A program made the position numbers and the translations under genes. The notes beneath the pieces were generated by a model. That model ran no database searches. It was not told the DNA's origin and saw only the letters and a list, made by a program, of their open reading frames with translations. A stretch of 64,000 nucleotides of DNA from Burkholderiales bacterium (GTDB lineage: Bacteria > Pseudomonadota > Gammaproteobacteria > Burkholderiales > Burkholderiaceae_E): positions 1,311 to 65,310 of the forward strand of contig JANLTP010000064.1 of the NCBI GenBank assembly GCA_031363055.1. The letters are read 5' to 3'. Within the stretch, counting starts at the first letter, position 1. Every line of letters starts with the position of its first letter. Shown here piece after piece: positions 39,910-49,306 of this stretch.

Positions 39910-39967
39910 ACGAGTCAGAACAAAGAAGCCTGCAGGTCAACGAAACTCATTTTCAAAAGGTAGCTTC

Positions 39968-41560
39968 ATGAATCCATCCATCTTTCAACACACGCTTGGT
40001 GATCTTTTACGACGCACCGCCAAGCGCACGCCCGGCAAGACCGCGATTGTCTGTGGCTCGGTCAATTGGAGCTACGCCGAGTACGATTTGATTTGCAACC
40101 GCTTGGCGCATGGGCTGCGTGGGCTGGGCGTGGCCGCAGGCGATCGCGCCGCCATCCTGTCGCGCAACTCTCACGCGTTTGCGGCGTTGCGCTTTGCGCT
40201 GGCCCGGCTCGGTGCCGTACTGGTGCCGATCAACTTCATGCTCAATGCTGATGAGGTCGCCTACATCCTGCGCCATGCCGGCGCAGCCACGCTGTGTGTC
40301 GGGCCGGATCTGTTGGCACTGGGGGAGTCGGCGGCGCTCAAGGACACTGCCGTCAAACAACTCGTCTGGCTGCCGGGCGAAGACCCGGCGCAGCCGCCCG
40401 AGCGCGCGGCCACAGCCCTGCCCATGCATTTGTTTGATGCGCTGCTATTCGATCAAATCAGCGCGCCCGAGTTGGCACCGGGTACCCTGAGCGGGTCGTC
40501 GTTGGCGCAGATCATTTACACCAGCGGCACCGAGTCCTTGCCCAAAGGTGCGATGCTCAGTCACGAGGCGGTAATCTGGCAATACGTCAGTTGCCTGGTC
40601 GAAGGCGAGATCGACGAGAGCGACATCATGTTGCATGCTCTGCCGCTGTACCACTGTGCGCAACTCGATGTGTTCCTGAGCCCCGGAGTTTATGTCGGTA
40701 CCACCAACATCATTACCGGTAAGCCGACGGCAGAGAACATTTTGCCGTTATTGGAAAAACACAAAATCAATTCATTCTTTGCACCGCCGTCGATCTGGAT
40801 TGCACTGCTGCGCTCACCGCTGTTCGAGCGAACCGATCTGAGCGGCCTGAAGAAAGGCTATTACGGTGCGGCGATCATGCCGGTCGCGGTGTTGCAGGAA
40901 ATGGCGCAACGGTTACCGAACATTCGCCTCTGGAATTTTTACGGTCAGACCGAGATCGCGCCGCTGGCGACCGTACTCAAACCGGAGGACCAACTGCGCA
41001 AGGCCGGTTCAGCCGGCCGTGCGGTATTGAATGTCGAGACGAGAGTCGTTGACGAGGCCATGAATGACGTCAAGACCGGTGAGATTGGTGAAATTGTTCA
41101 TCGATCGCCGCAACTGCTGCAAGGCTATTTCAACGATCCCGAGCGCACGCAGGCAGCGTTTTCGGGTGACTGGTTTCATAGCGGTGATCTGGCGATGATC
41201 GATGAGGAAGGCTACATCACCGTCGTCGATCGCAAGAAAGACATGGTCAAGTCGGGCGGCGAGAATGTCGCCAGCCGTGAAGTCGAGGAAATGATCTATA
41301 GGCTGGCGCCAGTGTCCGAGGTCGCCGTCATCGGTCTGCCGCATCCGTACTGGATCGAGGCAGTGACGGCGGTGGTCGTGATCAAGGCAGGGCATGCGCT
41401 GGACGAAGAACAAGTCATCGCCCATTGCCGCACCTACATGGCGCACTTCAAAGTACCGAAACGAGTGGTGTTCGTTGATGTGCTGCCGAAAAATCCCAGC
41501 GGTAAATTGCTTAAGCGTGAACTGCGTACGCGCTTCGAGGCGCTAATGGCGCAAGGTTGA
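39968..41560 (+). CDS. Acyl-CoA synthetase / AMP-dependent ligase
   Basis: I chose the ATG at 39968. The AMP-binding motif IIYTSGTESLPKGA and the later YGQTE and GDL..IDEEGY motifs are present. Confidence 0.9.
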   Translation: MNPSIFQHTLGDLLRRTAKRTPGKTAIVCGSVNWSYAEYDLICNRLAHGLRGLGVAAGDRAAILSRNSHAFAALRFALARLGAVLVPINFMLNADEVAYILRHAGAATLCVGPDLLALGESAALKDTAVKQLVWLPGEDPAQPPERAATALPMHLFDALLFDQISAPELAPGTLSGSSLAQIIYTSGTESLPKGAMLSHEAVIWQYVSCLVEGEIDESDIMLHALPLYHCAQLDVFLSPGVYVGTTNIITGKPTAENILPLLEKHKINSFFAPPSIWIALLRSPLFERTDLSGLKKGYYGAAIMPVAVLQEMAQRLPNIRLWNFYGQTEIAPLATVLKPEDQLRKAGSAGRAVLNVETRVVDEAMNDVKTGEIGEIVHRSPQLLQGYFNDPERTQAAFSGDWFHSGDLAMIDEEGYITVVDRKKDMVKSGGENVASREVEEMIYRLAPVSEVAVIGLPHPYWIEAVTAVVVIKAGHALDEEQVIAHCRTYMAHFKVPKRVVFVDVLPKNPSGKLLKRELRTRFEALMAQG

Positions 41561-41615
41561 ATCGAATCAATCCCGCGCTTGTTCGATGCGAGCGCGAGAC
41601 CCCTTCAATGAACTG

Positions 41616-42092
41616 TCAAACGAGCGTGATACCAACCTGCGCCAGCAACCGGCCGGCCGCATCCGCGTGGACGGTAGCAAGCCGCTGGCCGACGGGACTG
41701 ACGCTGCCCAGGCTGGCTGCGAACGATCCGCTGTCGCGATGGCTGACCCAATACTTGAGCGAGCCCAGGTTCTCGGGGCGCACTTCCCGGCGGCTGATCG
41801 TCAACGCGAATCGGCCGTCAGTGTCGGTATGGATCGAATCGATGCTGCCAGTCGCCGACCAGACCTCGACACGGGCGCCGGCGAGCGCCTCGCGCTTCGG
41901 GCCGTGCAGTACCTGACCCGACAGCATCCAGCCGGACGTACCAACGTCAGCGCCAACAGGCGACGGCCGGGCAGATAAGGTCGCGCCAGCGAGGCTCGGC
42001 AAGGCGGCGGTGGCGCCACCGCCAAGGCCGGCCATTATTAAACGGCGACGTTGCGGGGAAATGGCTACAAAATTCAGGCGAGTAGTGTTCAT
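41616..42092 (-). CDS. Small Tat-signal secreted protein, beta-sandwich-like (function unknown)
   Basis: 158 aa with a twin-arginine N-terminus SPQRRRLIMAGLGGGATAA. GARVEVWS...DTDGRFAL resembles carboxypeptidase-regulatory/transthyretin-like folds. Confidence 0.5.
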   Translation of the reverse strand: MNTTRLNFVAISPQRRRLIMAGLGGGATAALPSLAGATLSARPSPVGADVGTSGWMLSGQVLHGPKREALAGARVEVWSATGSIDSIHTDTDGRFALTISRREVRPENLGSLKYWVSHRDSGSFAASLGSVSPVGQRLATVHADAAGRLLAQVGITLV

Positions 42093-42340
42093 GGAAATCC
42101 TTTGCTTGTTTTATTGTCAAGGCAATTAACAACCCACCCAACTTCATTGTTACCCGTGGTTTAGCAAGCAAGATTCCGAAAGTTGGTGCCGACGCACTGG
42201 TGCCGGTGTTCGCTGAACGTTCTGGCACCGACCTGGGTTGACGAACCGGTCAGGAATTGACATAGTCGACCGCCTGTCCGTCCGTCCACTGATTCGCCGC
42301 CGCCTCGCGTTGCGGATCGTTCTTGCCATCGGAGTTACTT

Positions 42341-43519
42341 ATGATCAGTTTTAGTCTCGAACCCAAAGACGAGGCCCTGGCCCGAAAAGTCGAGGAGTTT
42401 GTTCGCGAATCGGTGATCCCCTACGAAACCGATCCGCGCAACACCGCCCATGGTCCGACCGAGGAGTTGCGTCGCGAATTGAACGAATTGGCGCGCAAGG
42501 CCGGCGTGCTGGCGACCCATGTCGCGCCTGAATTCGGTGGCCTGGGCCTGTCGCAGATGCAACGCGCGCTGGTGTTTGAGGCGGCCGGCTACTCGCCGCT
42601 CGGGCCGATCGCCGTGCATTGTTCGGCGCCCGACGAAGGCAATATGCATATGCTCGAGCTGATCGGCAGCCCGGCGCAAAAACACAAGTACCTGGTGCCG
42701 CTGGCCAGCGCGGTCAGCCGGTCCTGCTTTGCCATGACCGAACCCGGCACTGGCGCCGGCTCCGATCCCTCGATGCTGTCAACCTCGGCGGTCGGCGACG
42801 GCAAGCGCTTTGAAGTCAGTGGCCGAAAATGGCTGATTACCGGCTTTGACGGCGCACCGTTCATGATTCTGATGGCGCGCACCGTCGTCAATGGCGCCGA
42901 TGTCGGCGCCACCATGTTCCTGGTCGATCTACCCAATCCGGCCGTCCAATGCGTGCGCTCGATTGACTCGATGGACTCGTCATTCACCGGTGGCCATGCC
43001 GAACTCGATATTCAAGGGCTGGTCGTCAGCGCCGATGATGTGCTCGGTGAAATCGGCAAGGGCTTTCGCTATGCGCAGGTTCGTCTGGCGCCGGCCCGAC
43101 TGACCCACTGCATGCGCTGGTTGGGCGCGGCCCGCCGGGCACAAGACATCGCACTCGACTATTCGCGCCGCCGCCAATCGTTTGGCAAATCGCTGGGCGA
43201 ACATCAAGGCGTCGGCTTCATGTTGGCCGACAACGACATGGACTTGCACATTGCTCGATTGGTCACGCGCGAGGCCGCCTGGCAGCTCGATCAGGGCAGC
43301 AAGGGCAATATGGAATCGAGTCGCGCCAAGGTGATCGTATCCGAAGCCCTGTATCGGGTGGCCGATCGCTGCGTGCAGATTTTGGGGGGCAGTGGGCTGA
43401 CCAGCGACACGCCGGTCGCCCAGATTTTTCGAGAGCTGCGGGCGTTCCGGGTGTATGACGGCCCGTCCGAAGTGCATCGCTTCAGCCTGGCGCGCCGCTT
43501 GCTCGCCGGCAAACATTAA
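42341..43519 (+). CDS. Acyl-CoA dehydrogenase
   Basis: I chose the ATG at 42341, which has a GGAG SD. CFAMTEPGTGAGSD and the C-terminal RVYDGPSEVH are typical of ACADs. Confidence 0.9.
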   Translation: MISFSLEPKDEALARKVEEFVRESVIPYETDPRNTAHGPTEELRRELNELARKAGVLATHVAPEFGGLGLSQMQRALVFEAAGYSPLGPIAVHCSAPDEGNMHMLELIGSPAQKHKYLVPLASAVSRSCFAMTEPGTGAGSDPSMLSTSAVGDGKRFEVSGRKWLITGFDGAPFMILMARTVVNGADVGATMFLVDLPNPAVQCVRSIDSMDSSFTGGHAELDIQGLVVSADDVLGEIGKGFRYAQVRLAPARLTHCMRWLGAARRAQDIALDYSRRRQSFGKSLGEHQGVGFMLADNDMDLHIARLVTREAAWQLDQGSKGNMESSRAKVIVSEALYRVADRCVQILGGSGLTSDTPVAQIFRELRAFRVYDGPSEVHRFSLARRLLAGKH

Positions 43520-43521
43520 TT

Positions 43522-43562
43522 GATGTCAGCCGATGTCAGCCGATGTCAGTCGATGTCCGTCC
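43522..43562. repeat. Intergenic 10-bp tandem repeat, about 4 units (gatgtcagcc type)
   Basis: Read directly: gatgtcagcc gatgtcagcc gatgtcagtc gatgtccgtc c. It starts 3 nt after the ACAD stop codon. Confidence 0.9.
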
Positions 43563-43615
43563 GTAAAGATCTCGCGCACGTGTGAGTACTGCGTAAGCAA
43601 TATTTCAATGCAACC

Positions 43616-44170
43616 TTGAGGAGCTGTATCTTGCCAAGAATTCCGTTTGTCGCTGAAACACTAACTGAGCCGCGCGAGGTCGTTGAAGCCATAAAGAAAC
43701 GTCGCGGCGGCAAGTTTCTGGCGCTCGATCGCATGTTGCTGAACAGCCCGCCGGTTGCGATGGGCTGGAACAGTCTGATGGGTGCCGTTCGCACGCAAAT
43801 GTCGCTACCCGGCAAATGGCGCGAACTGGCCATGTGTGTAGTCGCGGTGCTCAATGGTGCCGAGTACGAGTTCGTCGCGCATGCGCCGATCTTCGTCAAG
43901 GAAGGGGGACGCGAGGAACAGATCGCAGCGATGCGCGACGTGTTCGCAGCGACTTCGGACCATCGGCACTTCGACGAGGCCGAGCGAGCGGTTATACAAA
44001 TGACGATTGAAATCACCCGCAGCGTGCATGTCAGCGATGCCACCTTTGCGGCCGCGCGCCGACATCTGCCGAACGATCAGCAGATGTTCGAGCTGATCAC
44101 GGTGATCGCGGCGTACAACATGGTGTCGCGAGTGCTGGTGGCTACCGGGATTCGGCCGGAGGATCATTGA
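43616..44170 (+). CDS. Carboxymuconolactone decarboxylase (AhpD-like) family protein
   Basis: About 180 aa with LAMCVVAVLNGAEYEFVAH, typical of the CMD family. The start is uncertain: TTG at 43616 or 43631. Confidence 0.75.
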   Translation: MRSCILPRIPFVAETLTEPREVVEAIKKRRGGKFLALDRMLLNSPPVAMGWNSLMGAVRTQMSLPGKWRELAMCVVAVLNGAEYEFVAHAPIFVKEGGREEQIAAMRDVFAATSDHRHFDEAERAVIQMTIEITRSVHVSDATFAAARRHLPNDQQMFELITVIAAYNMVSRVLVATGIRPEDH

Positions 44171-44232
44171 TTGGGGAAAATCAAGAGCGCATTGCGCCGT
44201 TTGATGTACAGGCGGAGTAGTGGTGAGATGCG

Positions 44233-44602
44233 ATGAAAATTCAATCCGCGCAGAGCTTGCGCGATCAAATGCGGGCGGTTGTCCAGGGAGGACGACCTGC
44301 AAAGGCTGACGCGTCGAGCCCCAGTTTTGAAAGCGCAGGCGTTGTTGCGGCTTCTGAATCCAGAGAATCGCGCGCTGCTTGCTCTGATCGATGCCGAGCG
44401 GCCGCAGTCGATGGCGCAGTTGGCGAAGCTGGCCGGGCGGGCCGAATCGAATCTGAGCCGCACGCTGGCCAAACTGCAGGCGATGGCGATTGTGCGAGTG
44501 GTCCCAGGTACGAGGCGCTCGCGGATTCCGCAGTTGGTGGTACGCCGATTTCAACTTGAGATCGATGTGCGTCAGTTGCAGGAACACATTGCGGTCGGCT
44601 GA
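44233..44602 (+). pseudogene. Small winged-HTH regulator (antitoxin-like), apparently frameshifted
   Basis: The N-terminal part MKIQSAQSLRDQMRAVVQGGRPAKADASSPSFES is in one frame. The HTH part (A)QALLRLLNPENRALLALIDAERPQSMAQLAKLAGRAESNLSRTLAKLQAMAIV is in the next frame. The 370-nt span is not a multiple of 3. Confidence 0.6.
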
Positions 44603-44889
44603 ACTGCTGACAGTTCATTCTCCGACCGATGTTGGCAAGGGGCTGGGATTCCTGGCGGCGTAGCCTATGTCTGTGGGCGAAGTGCCAGTCGAGGGGATTA
44701 CGTCAGACCGGCTGATTTTCAGCAGATTAGTTGCTGTTCAACAGAATTTGTGGGGTTTTGGGCGGCTTATTTGGACGAATGATAACGTCCGTTATCTGAC
44801 ATAGATAAAGTCGCTTCAACGTGTTTGAGTTCAACGGCTGCCGAAGGTAGTCCGATTGAGTGAATGGTTCGGGCGTACACTATCAATGC

Positions 44890-45330
44890 TCATGAGGGAA
44901 TGCCTTTCCGATGGGGATCTACAAGCGACTTTCTTACCTCGCTCAAAAAGGCCCAAACATCATCGGAACTTGGGCGCACGTAGGCGGGATTTGCTGGGTC
45001 TTCGCCCAATTTTTTCGAACATGTCAATGAGCCACGACGGACCATGTCCGGTAGCACCAAGGTTCTTCATCCAAGACTCAAGCTCGCCCCTGGCACGACA
45101 AATATTCCATAGGCCCGCAACTGGGCCAGCAGATCCTCTGCCGCTTGGCGGTCGTTAGGTTGCAGGATTTGAAGGCCGCCATCGCGTTTCATATCCTTCC
45201 CAGTGGCATCCATGGCGGCCTTGATCGCTGCGCGCATTGTTGCGAGCGAACCGTGCGACAGCAGCGGAACGTCGGAACTAAACTGAAGTTCCATCGCCGA
45301 TTGGGCGAGTTGTTGTGTTCCATCAAGCAC
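44890..45330 (-). pseudogene. 5'-truncated, multiply frameshifted remnant of a conserved-looking gene (possibly the C-terminus of an ATPase-associated defence-type protein)
   Basis: A continuous plausible protein can be read across three frames: ...LRAYGIFVVPG / ELESWMKNLGATGHGPSWLIDMFEKIG / EDPANPAYVRPSSDDVWAFLSEVRKSLVDPHRKGIPS*. The family assignment is from memory only. Confidence 0.5.
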
Positions 45331-46046
45331 TTGGCATGAGTTTCGGGTTTGAGTTTCTGACTACAGTTTGATCGACTGCACCAGAGCGAGTGCGCGGAGT
45401 TGTTTGGCGGTGGCTTTGGTCGTGATCTCGACGTTGCAATTGGCGCATACGCTTAGCCAGGCTGCGCGATTCGGACCGGCCATTCAGAACCCGTGTACCC
45501 TGCTGGGCGGTCAGTACCCTTCGCGTCAGTCGATGCTCGACGATCTGAAACAGCGCAGCGACCGGATCGAGTCCACGAAGGCGGCGCTGGCAAAAACTGG
45601 CGGCGCAAAGCGGGACGCGGGTGTCATACCGGACGAGTTGCTCTATCCTGTACAGCGCTAGTGAAACGCATTGCAATCCGGGGCGACATCGCCGGCAGCC
45701 GTCATCGCTTTCGCGCCCTCGCCTGAGCTGAGGCCATGCTTTAGCGCGCGAGCGCCAAGGCTCTATTTGCGGCAAACGCGATTCCAGCATCCGAACTCAA
45801 AGCGCGAAATATCGAACGCGATCGGCATCTGGAACTCAATGCGCCAAAGTAATCGGCAATCATAGCTAGAAAATAGGTTATCGGTATAGTGTGCCGTGAG
45901 TCGAGACGTAAGAAAGGTTAATAGTCTTGGTTGATCATCGATCCGGCCTCGGGCACACAAGAATCGAGAAGGACACTCCCCATGCAGATCGATATCGGCT
46001 ATGCCCCGGCTGGGATGTAACTGAATACGGCAAGGGCGCGCGGCCC

Positions 46047-47099
46047 CTAAATCGGTGCGGATTCGATGATGCAGTACGGGCCACCCAATGCCTGCAAGTG
46101 GGTGATTCGCAACTCTGCAGCGGCCAGTAGTTCCCGATACTGAGTTTCCGTCCGTTCACGTCCGCCCGTGCCAACGAGCATGTTGAGGTCGGACCGTGCA
46201 ATGCCCTGATCGTGAGGTGAATCACAAAAGTACTGCGGTGCGATGCGCTCGATAACGAACAACTTGGCGTTCGGTGCCATCACGCGGCGGCAGTTGCGCA
46301 GAATGTTCACCGCTTGATCGTCATCCCAATCGTGCAGAACACTCTTCAAAAGATATGCATCCGCTCCAGCAGGAACCATGTCCAAGAAACTGCCGGTGAC
46401 CAGCGTGCAACGATCTTCGACGCCTGCGGCGGCCAGACGACTGCCGGCGGCAGCGGTCGCGTGCGCAAGGTCGAACACGATCCCGCGTGCGGACGGGTAT
46501 TCAGAGAGAATCGATGCGATCAGTTCGCCGTAGCCGCCGCCAACGTCGACGATGAGGTGCATCCCGGAAAAGTTCACGGCTCGCGCCACGGCAAAGGCGA
46601 TTGGCCGTGTCAGGTCGACCATCGCGCGGTTGAACAACAGCGCGCCCTGCGCATCGTCCTCCAGATGGTGAAAGCCGTCAGCCCCGCTTGTCTGCTTGCG
46701 AAGGCTGTCCCCGCTGCGGACACTTTGCACGAGGCGGCCCCAAGTCGCCCAGGACTGCGTGCCGCAAAACTCGGCCCACGCCGCGAGCGATTCGGGAACA
46801 TCTTCGCGCAGCAGCGCACCCATTGGCGTGAGCTCGAACCGCCCGTTCGCAGATTCGGTCAACACGTCGATGCTTGTCAGGGCACGCAGAAGTCGAGTAA
46901 GGGACGGCCCATGACAGTGCGTGGCTTGCGCCAATGCGTTGGCGGTCTGCGGTCCGTCGCGCAGCAGCTCGGGCAGGCGCAGCTGGGTGGCCACCGATAC
47001 CGCCTGCGTTGTCCAGTTCGCGTTGATGAGCCAGAGCAGCCGCGCCCGCGCGTCGACGATTTGGGTTGCCGTGGCAGACGGCGATTCGTGCGTTGTCAT
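46047..47099 (-). CDS. Class I SAM-dependent O-methyltransferase (with N-terminal dimerisation/wHTH domain)
   Basis: I chose the ATG at 47099, which has an AGGA SD. The SAM motif LIVDVGGGYGEL and the C-terminal KSVLHDWDD are typical of the plant/bacterial-type OMT family 2. Confidence 0.85.
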   Translation of the reverse strand: MTTHESPSATATQIVDARARLLWLINANWTTQAVSVATQLRLPELLRDGPQTANALAQATHCHGPSLTRLLRALTSIDVLTESANGRFELTPMGALLREDVPESLAAWAEFCGTQSWATWGRLVQSVRSGDSLRKQTSGADGFHHLEDDAQGALLFNRAMVDLTRPIAFAVARAVNFSGMHLIVDVGGGYGELIASILSEYPSARGIVFDLAHATAAAGSRLAAAGVEDRCTLVTGSFLDMVPAGADAYLLKSVLHDWDDDQAVNILRNCRRVMAPNAKLFVIERIAPQYFCDSPHDQGIARSDLNMLVGTGGRERTETQYRELLAAAELRITHLQALGGPYCIIESAPI

Positions 47100-47131
47100 G
47101 GGAGAATCCTTTTGCTTTGCACCGCGCTGCA

Positions 47132-48112
47132 TCATTCGATCTTGATGCCAGCGTCGCGAATGATCTTGTTCCATTTTGCGTGCTCAGCGCGGATGGTGGC
47201 GGCGAATACGTCCGGCGGATCGGTGCGGGCATCGGCACCGACCTCGCCAAACCATGCGCGGGCCTCCGGCGTCGCGAGAATGGTGCTGATGTCCCGATAC
47301 AGCCGTGCCACGATGATTTTCGGAGTGGCCGCTGGCACGGCAATGCCGACCCACCCCTGAAACTCGGCCCCGGCCAAGCCGGCTTCAGCCATCGTCGGCA
47401 CATCAGGCAGTGATGCGACTCTTTGCGGGCCAGTGACTGCCAGCGCGCGCAGCCGGCCTGCCTTCACCTGTGGCAACTGCGCGGTCAATCCTTCGATCGA
47501 GTAGCTGATGTGGCCCGCGATGAGATCGGACACCGCTTGCCCGCCCCCTTTGTAAGGCACATGCACGGTGTCGATCCCCGCCGTCCGCTTGAACAATTCG
47601 CCGGCCATGTGCGGCGGTGTTCCGACACCGGGCGATCCAAAATTCAATTTGCCCGGTTTCGTCTTGGCCAGTTGAACCAACTCGGCGACCGTATTGGCGC
47701 GCACGTCGGGATGGACAGCCAGGAGCAAAGGGCCGACCCCAAGGTATGTGATTGGCGCAAAGTCGGCGAGCGGGTCGTAGCCGGGCCGGCTGTACAAGTG
47801 CGGGTTGACCGTCATGACGCCCTGATGAATGATGATCAAGGTATAGCCGTCCGGGGCACTGCGGGCGCCCGCCTCCATGCCAACGTTGCCGCCAGCACCG
47901 GGCTTGTTCTCGACGATGACGTTTTGGCCGAGTAGCGGTGCCAGACGCTCGGCTAACCAGCGCGCCCGAATGTCTGTCACCCCGCCCACCCCGCCCGGCA
48001 CCAGGATGCGAACCGGCTTGGCGGGCCAAGGCGCTTCTTCGGCAACGGCTGGCCAATGCAGCACGGCAGCCACGCTGAACGCGAGCGAGGCCATCAGGTT
48101 CATGCGATTCAT
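47132..48112 (-). CDS. Bug/TctC-family substrate-binding protein
   Basis: I chose the ATG at 48112, which has a GGAG SD. A signal peptide is present, followed by WPAKPVRILVPGGVGGVTD...VIVENKPGAGGNVG...APDGYTLI. The 133-aa N-terminal extension in the ORF track is rejected. Confidence 0.9.
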   Translation of the reverse strand: MNRMNLMASLAFSVAAVLHWPAVAEEAPWPAKPVRILVPGGVGGVTDIRARWLAERLAPLLGQNVIVENKPGAGGNVGMEAGARSAPDGYTLIIIHQGVMTVNPHLYSRPGYDPLADFAPITYLGVGPLLLAVHPDVRANTVAELVQLAKTKPGKLNFGSPGVGTPPHMAGELFKRTAGIDTVHVPYKGGGQAVSDLIAGHISYSIEGLTAQLPQVKAGRLRALAVTGPQRVASLPDVPTMAEAGLAGAEFQGWVGIAVPAATPKIIVARLYRDISTILATPEARAWFGEVGADARTDPPDVFAATIRAEHAKWNKIIRDAGIKIE

Positions 48113-48233
48113 TTGAATCTCCTGCCCAACGATTCGGGTTGCCACCACTCTATGCGCGGTCTGGGTGCTATGGAATACTCTAGCGGTTGCAGACGGCTGC
48201 AACCTTTGGTTCAAGCTCGGCGGAGGTATTTCC

Positions 48234-49232
48234 ATGGACAAGTTGCGGGCATTGCAGTATTTCTCGGCAGCCGCTGCAGAGAAGAGTTTGTCTGGCGCGG
48301 CCCGCGGGCTCGGGGTCAGTGTCACCGCCGTCGCCAAGCTGATCAACGCGCTGGAGAAGGATCTGGGTGCCAAGCTGTTCGATCGTACGGCGCGGGGCTT
48401 GACGCTGACTGCGGAAGGGGCTCGGTACCTCGAAGCATGCGAACCGGCGCTAACGCAACTTGACGATGCTGACGAGCGGCTGCGCGAATCGATGTTGCGG
48501 CCGAAAGGCACTGTGGTGGTCGGCGTTCAGCATGTCATCGCCCGCGGATGTCTGACGGCTGCCCTGCCGCGCTTTCACGCACGCTATCCCGACATCGAGG
48601 TTGACGTTCGCGATTTTCAGCGCGTGACCGACGAGCAGATCAGCGGCGTGGATGTCATGCTGGTCCTCGGCTGGCCCAAGGTGGAGGACTTGGTGCTGCA
48701 CCGCATAGCCGCAGGCCGATTTTTGATCGCCGCCGCCCCGGCCTATTGGGCCAACCACGGCACGCCCCGGCGTCCGCGTGATCTGGAGCGGCATGTGTGC
48801 CTGCCGATCCGCTCGGTCGACGGCACGGTGATGGACGTGTGGGCTTTCACACGAGGTGAGGAGCAAGAGTCAGTAGCAGTGCGCGGTTGGCTGACCACCA
48901 GCAACGCCCATCGTGACCTGGTGATCGCGCTTGCACTGGCGGGACATGGCGTTATCCGGATACTGGATTGGACCAACCTGCCCGAACTCGCCTGCGGCTC
49001 ATTGGTGAGGGTGCTCGAAGACTGGGAGTCGACCGAAGCGCCGCCGGTGAATCTGCTCTTTCGCGCGAGCGTGCGCCGCATTCCAAGGGTGCGGCTATTC
49101 ATCGAATTTGCGACCGAACTGTTTCGCGAACTGGATCGAGTGCGCGGTAAAGGAGTCCTCGGCACCGAAAGACCTCGGTGGCTTCGGCGTCACTACGGGC
49201 GGGTGTCGGCCATCATGACGCGCACTGAATAA
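48234..49232 (+). CDS. LysR-family transcriptional regulator
   Basis: I chose the ATG at 48234, which has a GGAGG SD. MDKLRALQYFSAAAAEKSLSGAARGLGVSVTAVAKLINALE is a LysR HTH. It is divergent from the Bug gene. Confidence 0.9.
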   Translation: MDKLRALQYFSAAAAEKSLSGAARGLGVSVTAVAKLINALEKDLGAKLFDRTARGLTLTAEGARYLEACEPALTQLDDADERLRESMLRPKGTVVVGVQHVIARGCLTAALPRFHARYPDIEVDVRDFQRVTDEQISGVDVMLVLGWPKVEDLVLHRIAAGRFLIAAAPAYWANHGTPRRPRDLERHVCLPIRSVDGTVMDVWAFTRGEEQESVAVRGWLTTSNAHRDLVIALALAGHGVIRILDWTNLPELACGSLVRVLEDWESTEAPPVNLLFRASVRRIPRVRLFIEFATELFRELDRVRGKGVLGTERPRWLRRHYGRVSAIMTRTE

Positions 49233-49306
49233 GACGGCGGATCGCCCGGGCCAAACGCTTAAACGAGCCTGTAAACCGCTCTGTGTAAATAGCGACGGCG
49301 CTCTGC

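Noticed and set aside
43805-44587. 260-aa minus-strand ORF spanning the CMD gene and the wHTH locus
   Set aside because: It is a shadow ORF. It crosses an intergenic region and two plus-strand genes that have recognisable families.
45331-46046. Possible integrase, primase or att-site remnants in the lower-GC spacer, for example minus-strand ALKHGLSSGEG at ~45714-45746 (reminiscent of DUF3987/primase-like proteins) and MIADYFGAL...
   Set aside because: The matches are only 10-20 residues long and scattered over several frames, so they are within chance expectation. I found no tRNA-like sequence or flanking direct repeats. This needs a translated database search before any call.
46314-47403. 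348-aa plus-strand and 241-aa minus-strand ORFs overlapping the O-methyltransferase and Bug genes
   Set aside because: These are high-GC shadow frames. The OMT frame has clear SAM-binding motifs and a good SD/ATG.
48113-48511. 133-aa N-terminal extension of the Bug gene in the ORF track (47132-48511)
   Set aside because: The extension is Ser/Arg/Ala-rich and overlaps the divergent LysR gene. A proper SD + ATG + signal peptide occurs at 48112.
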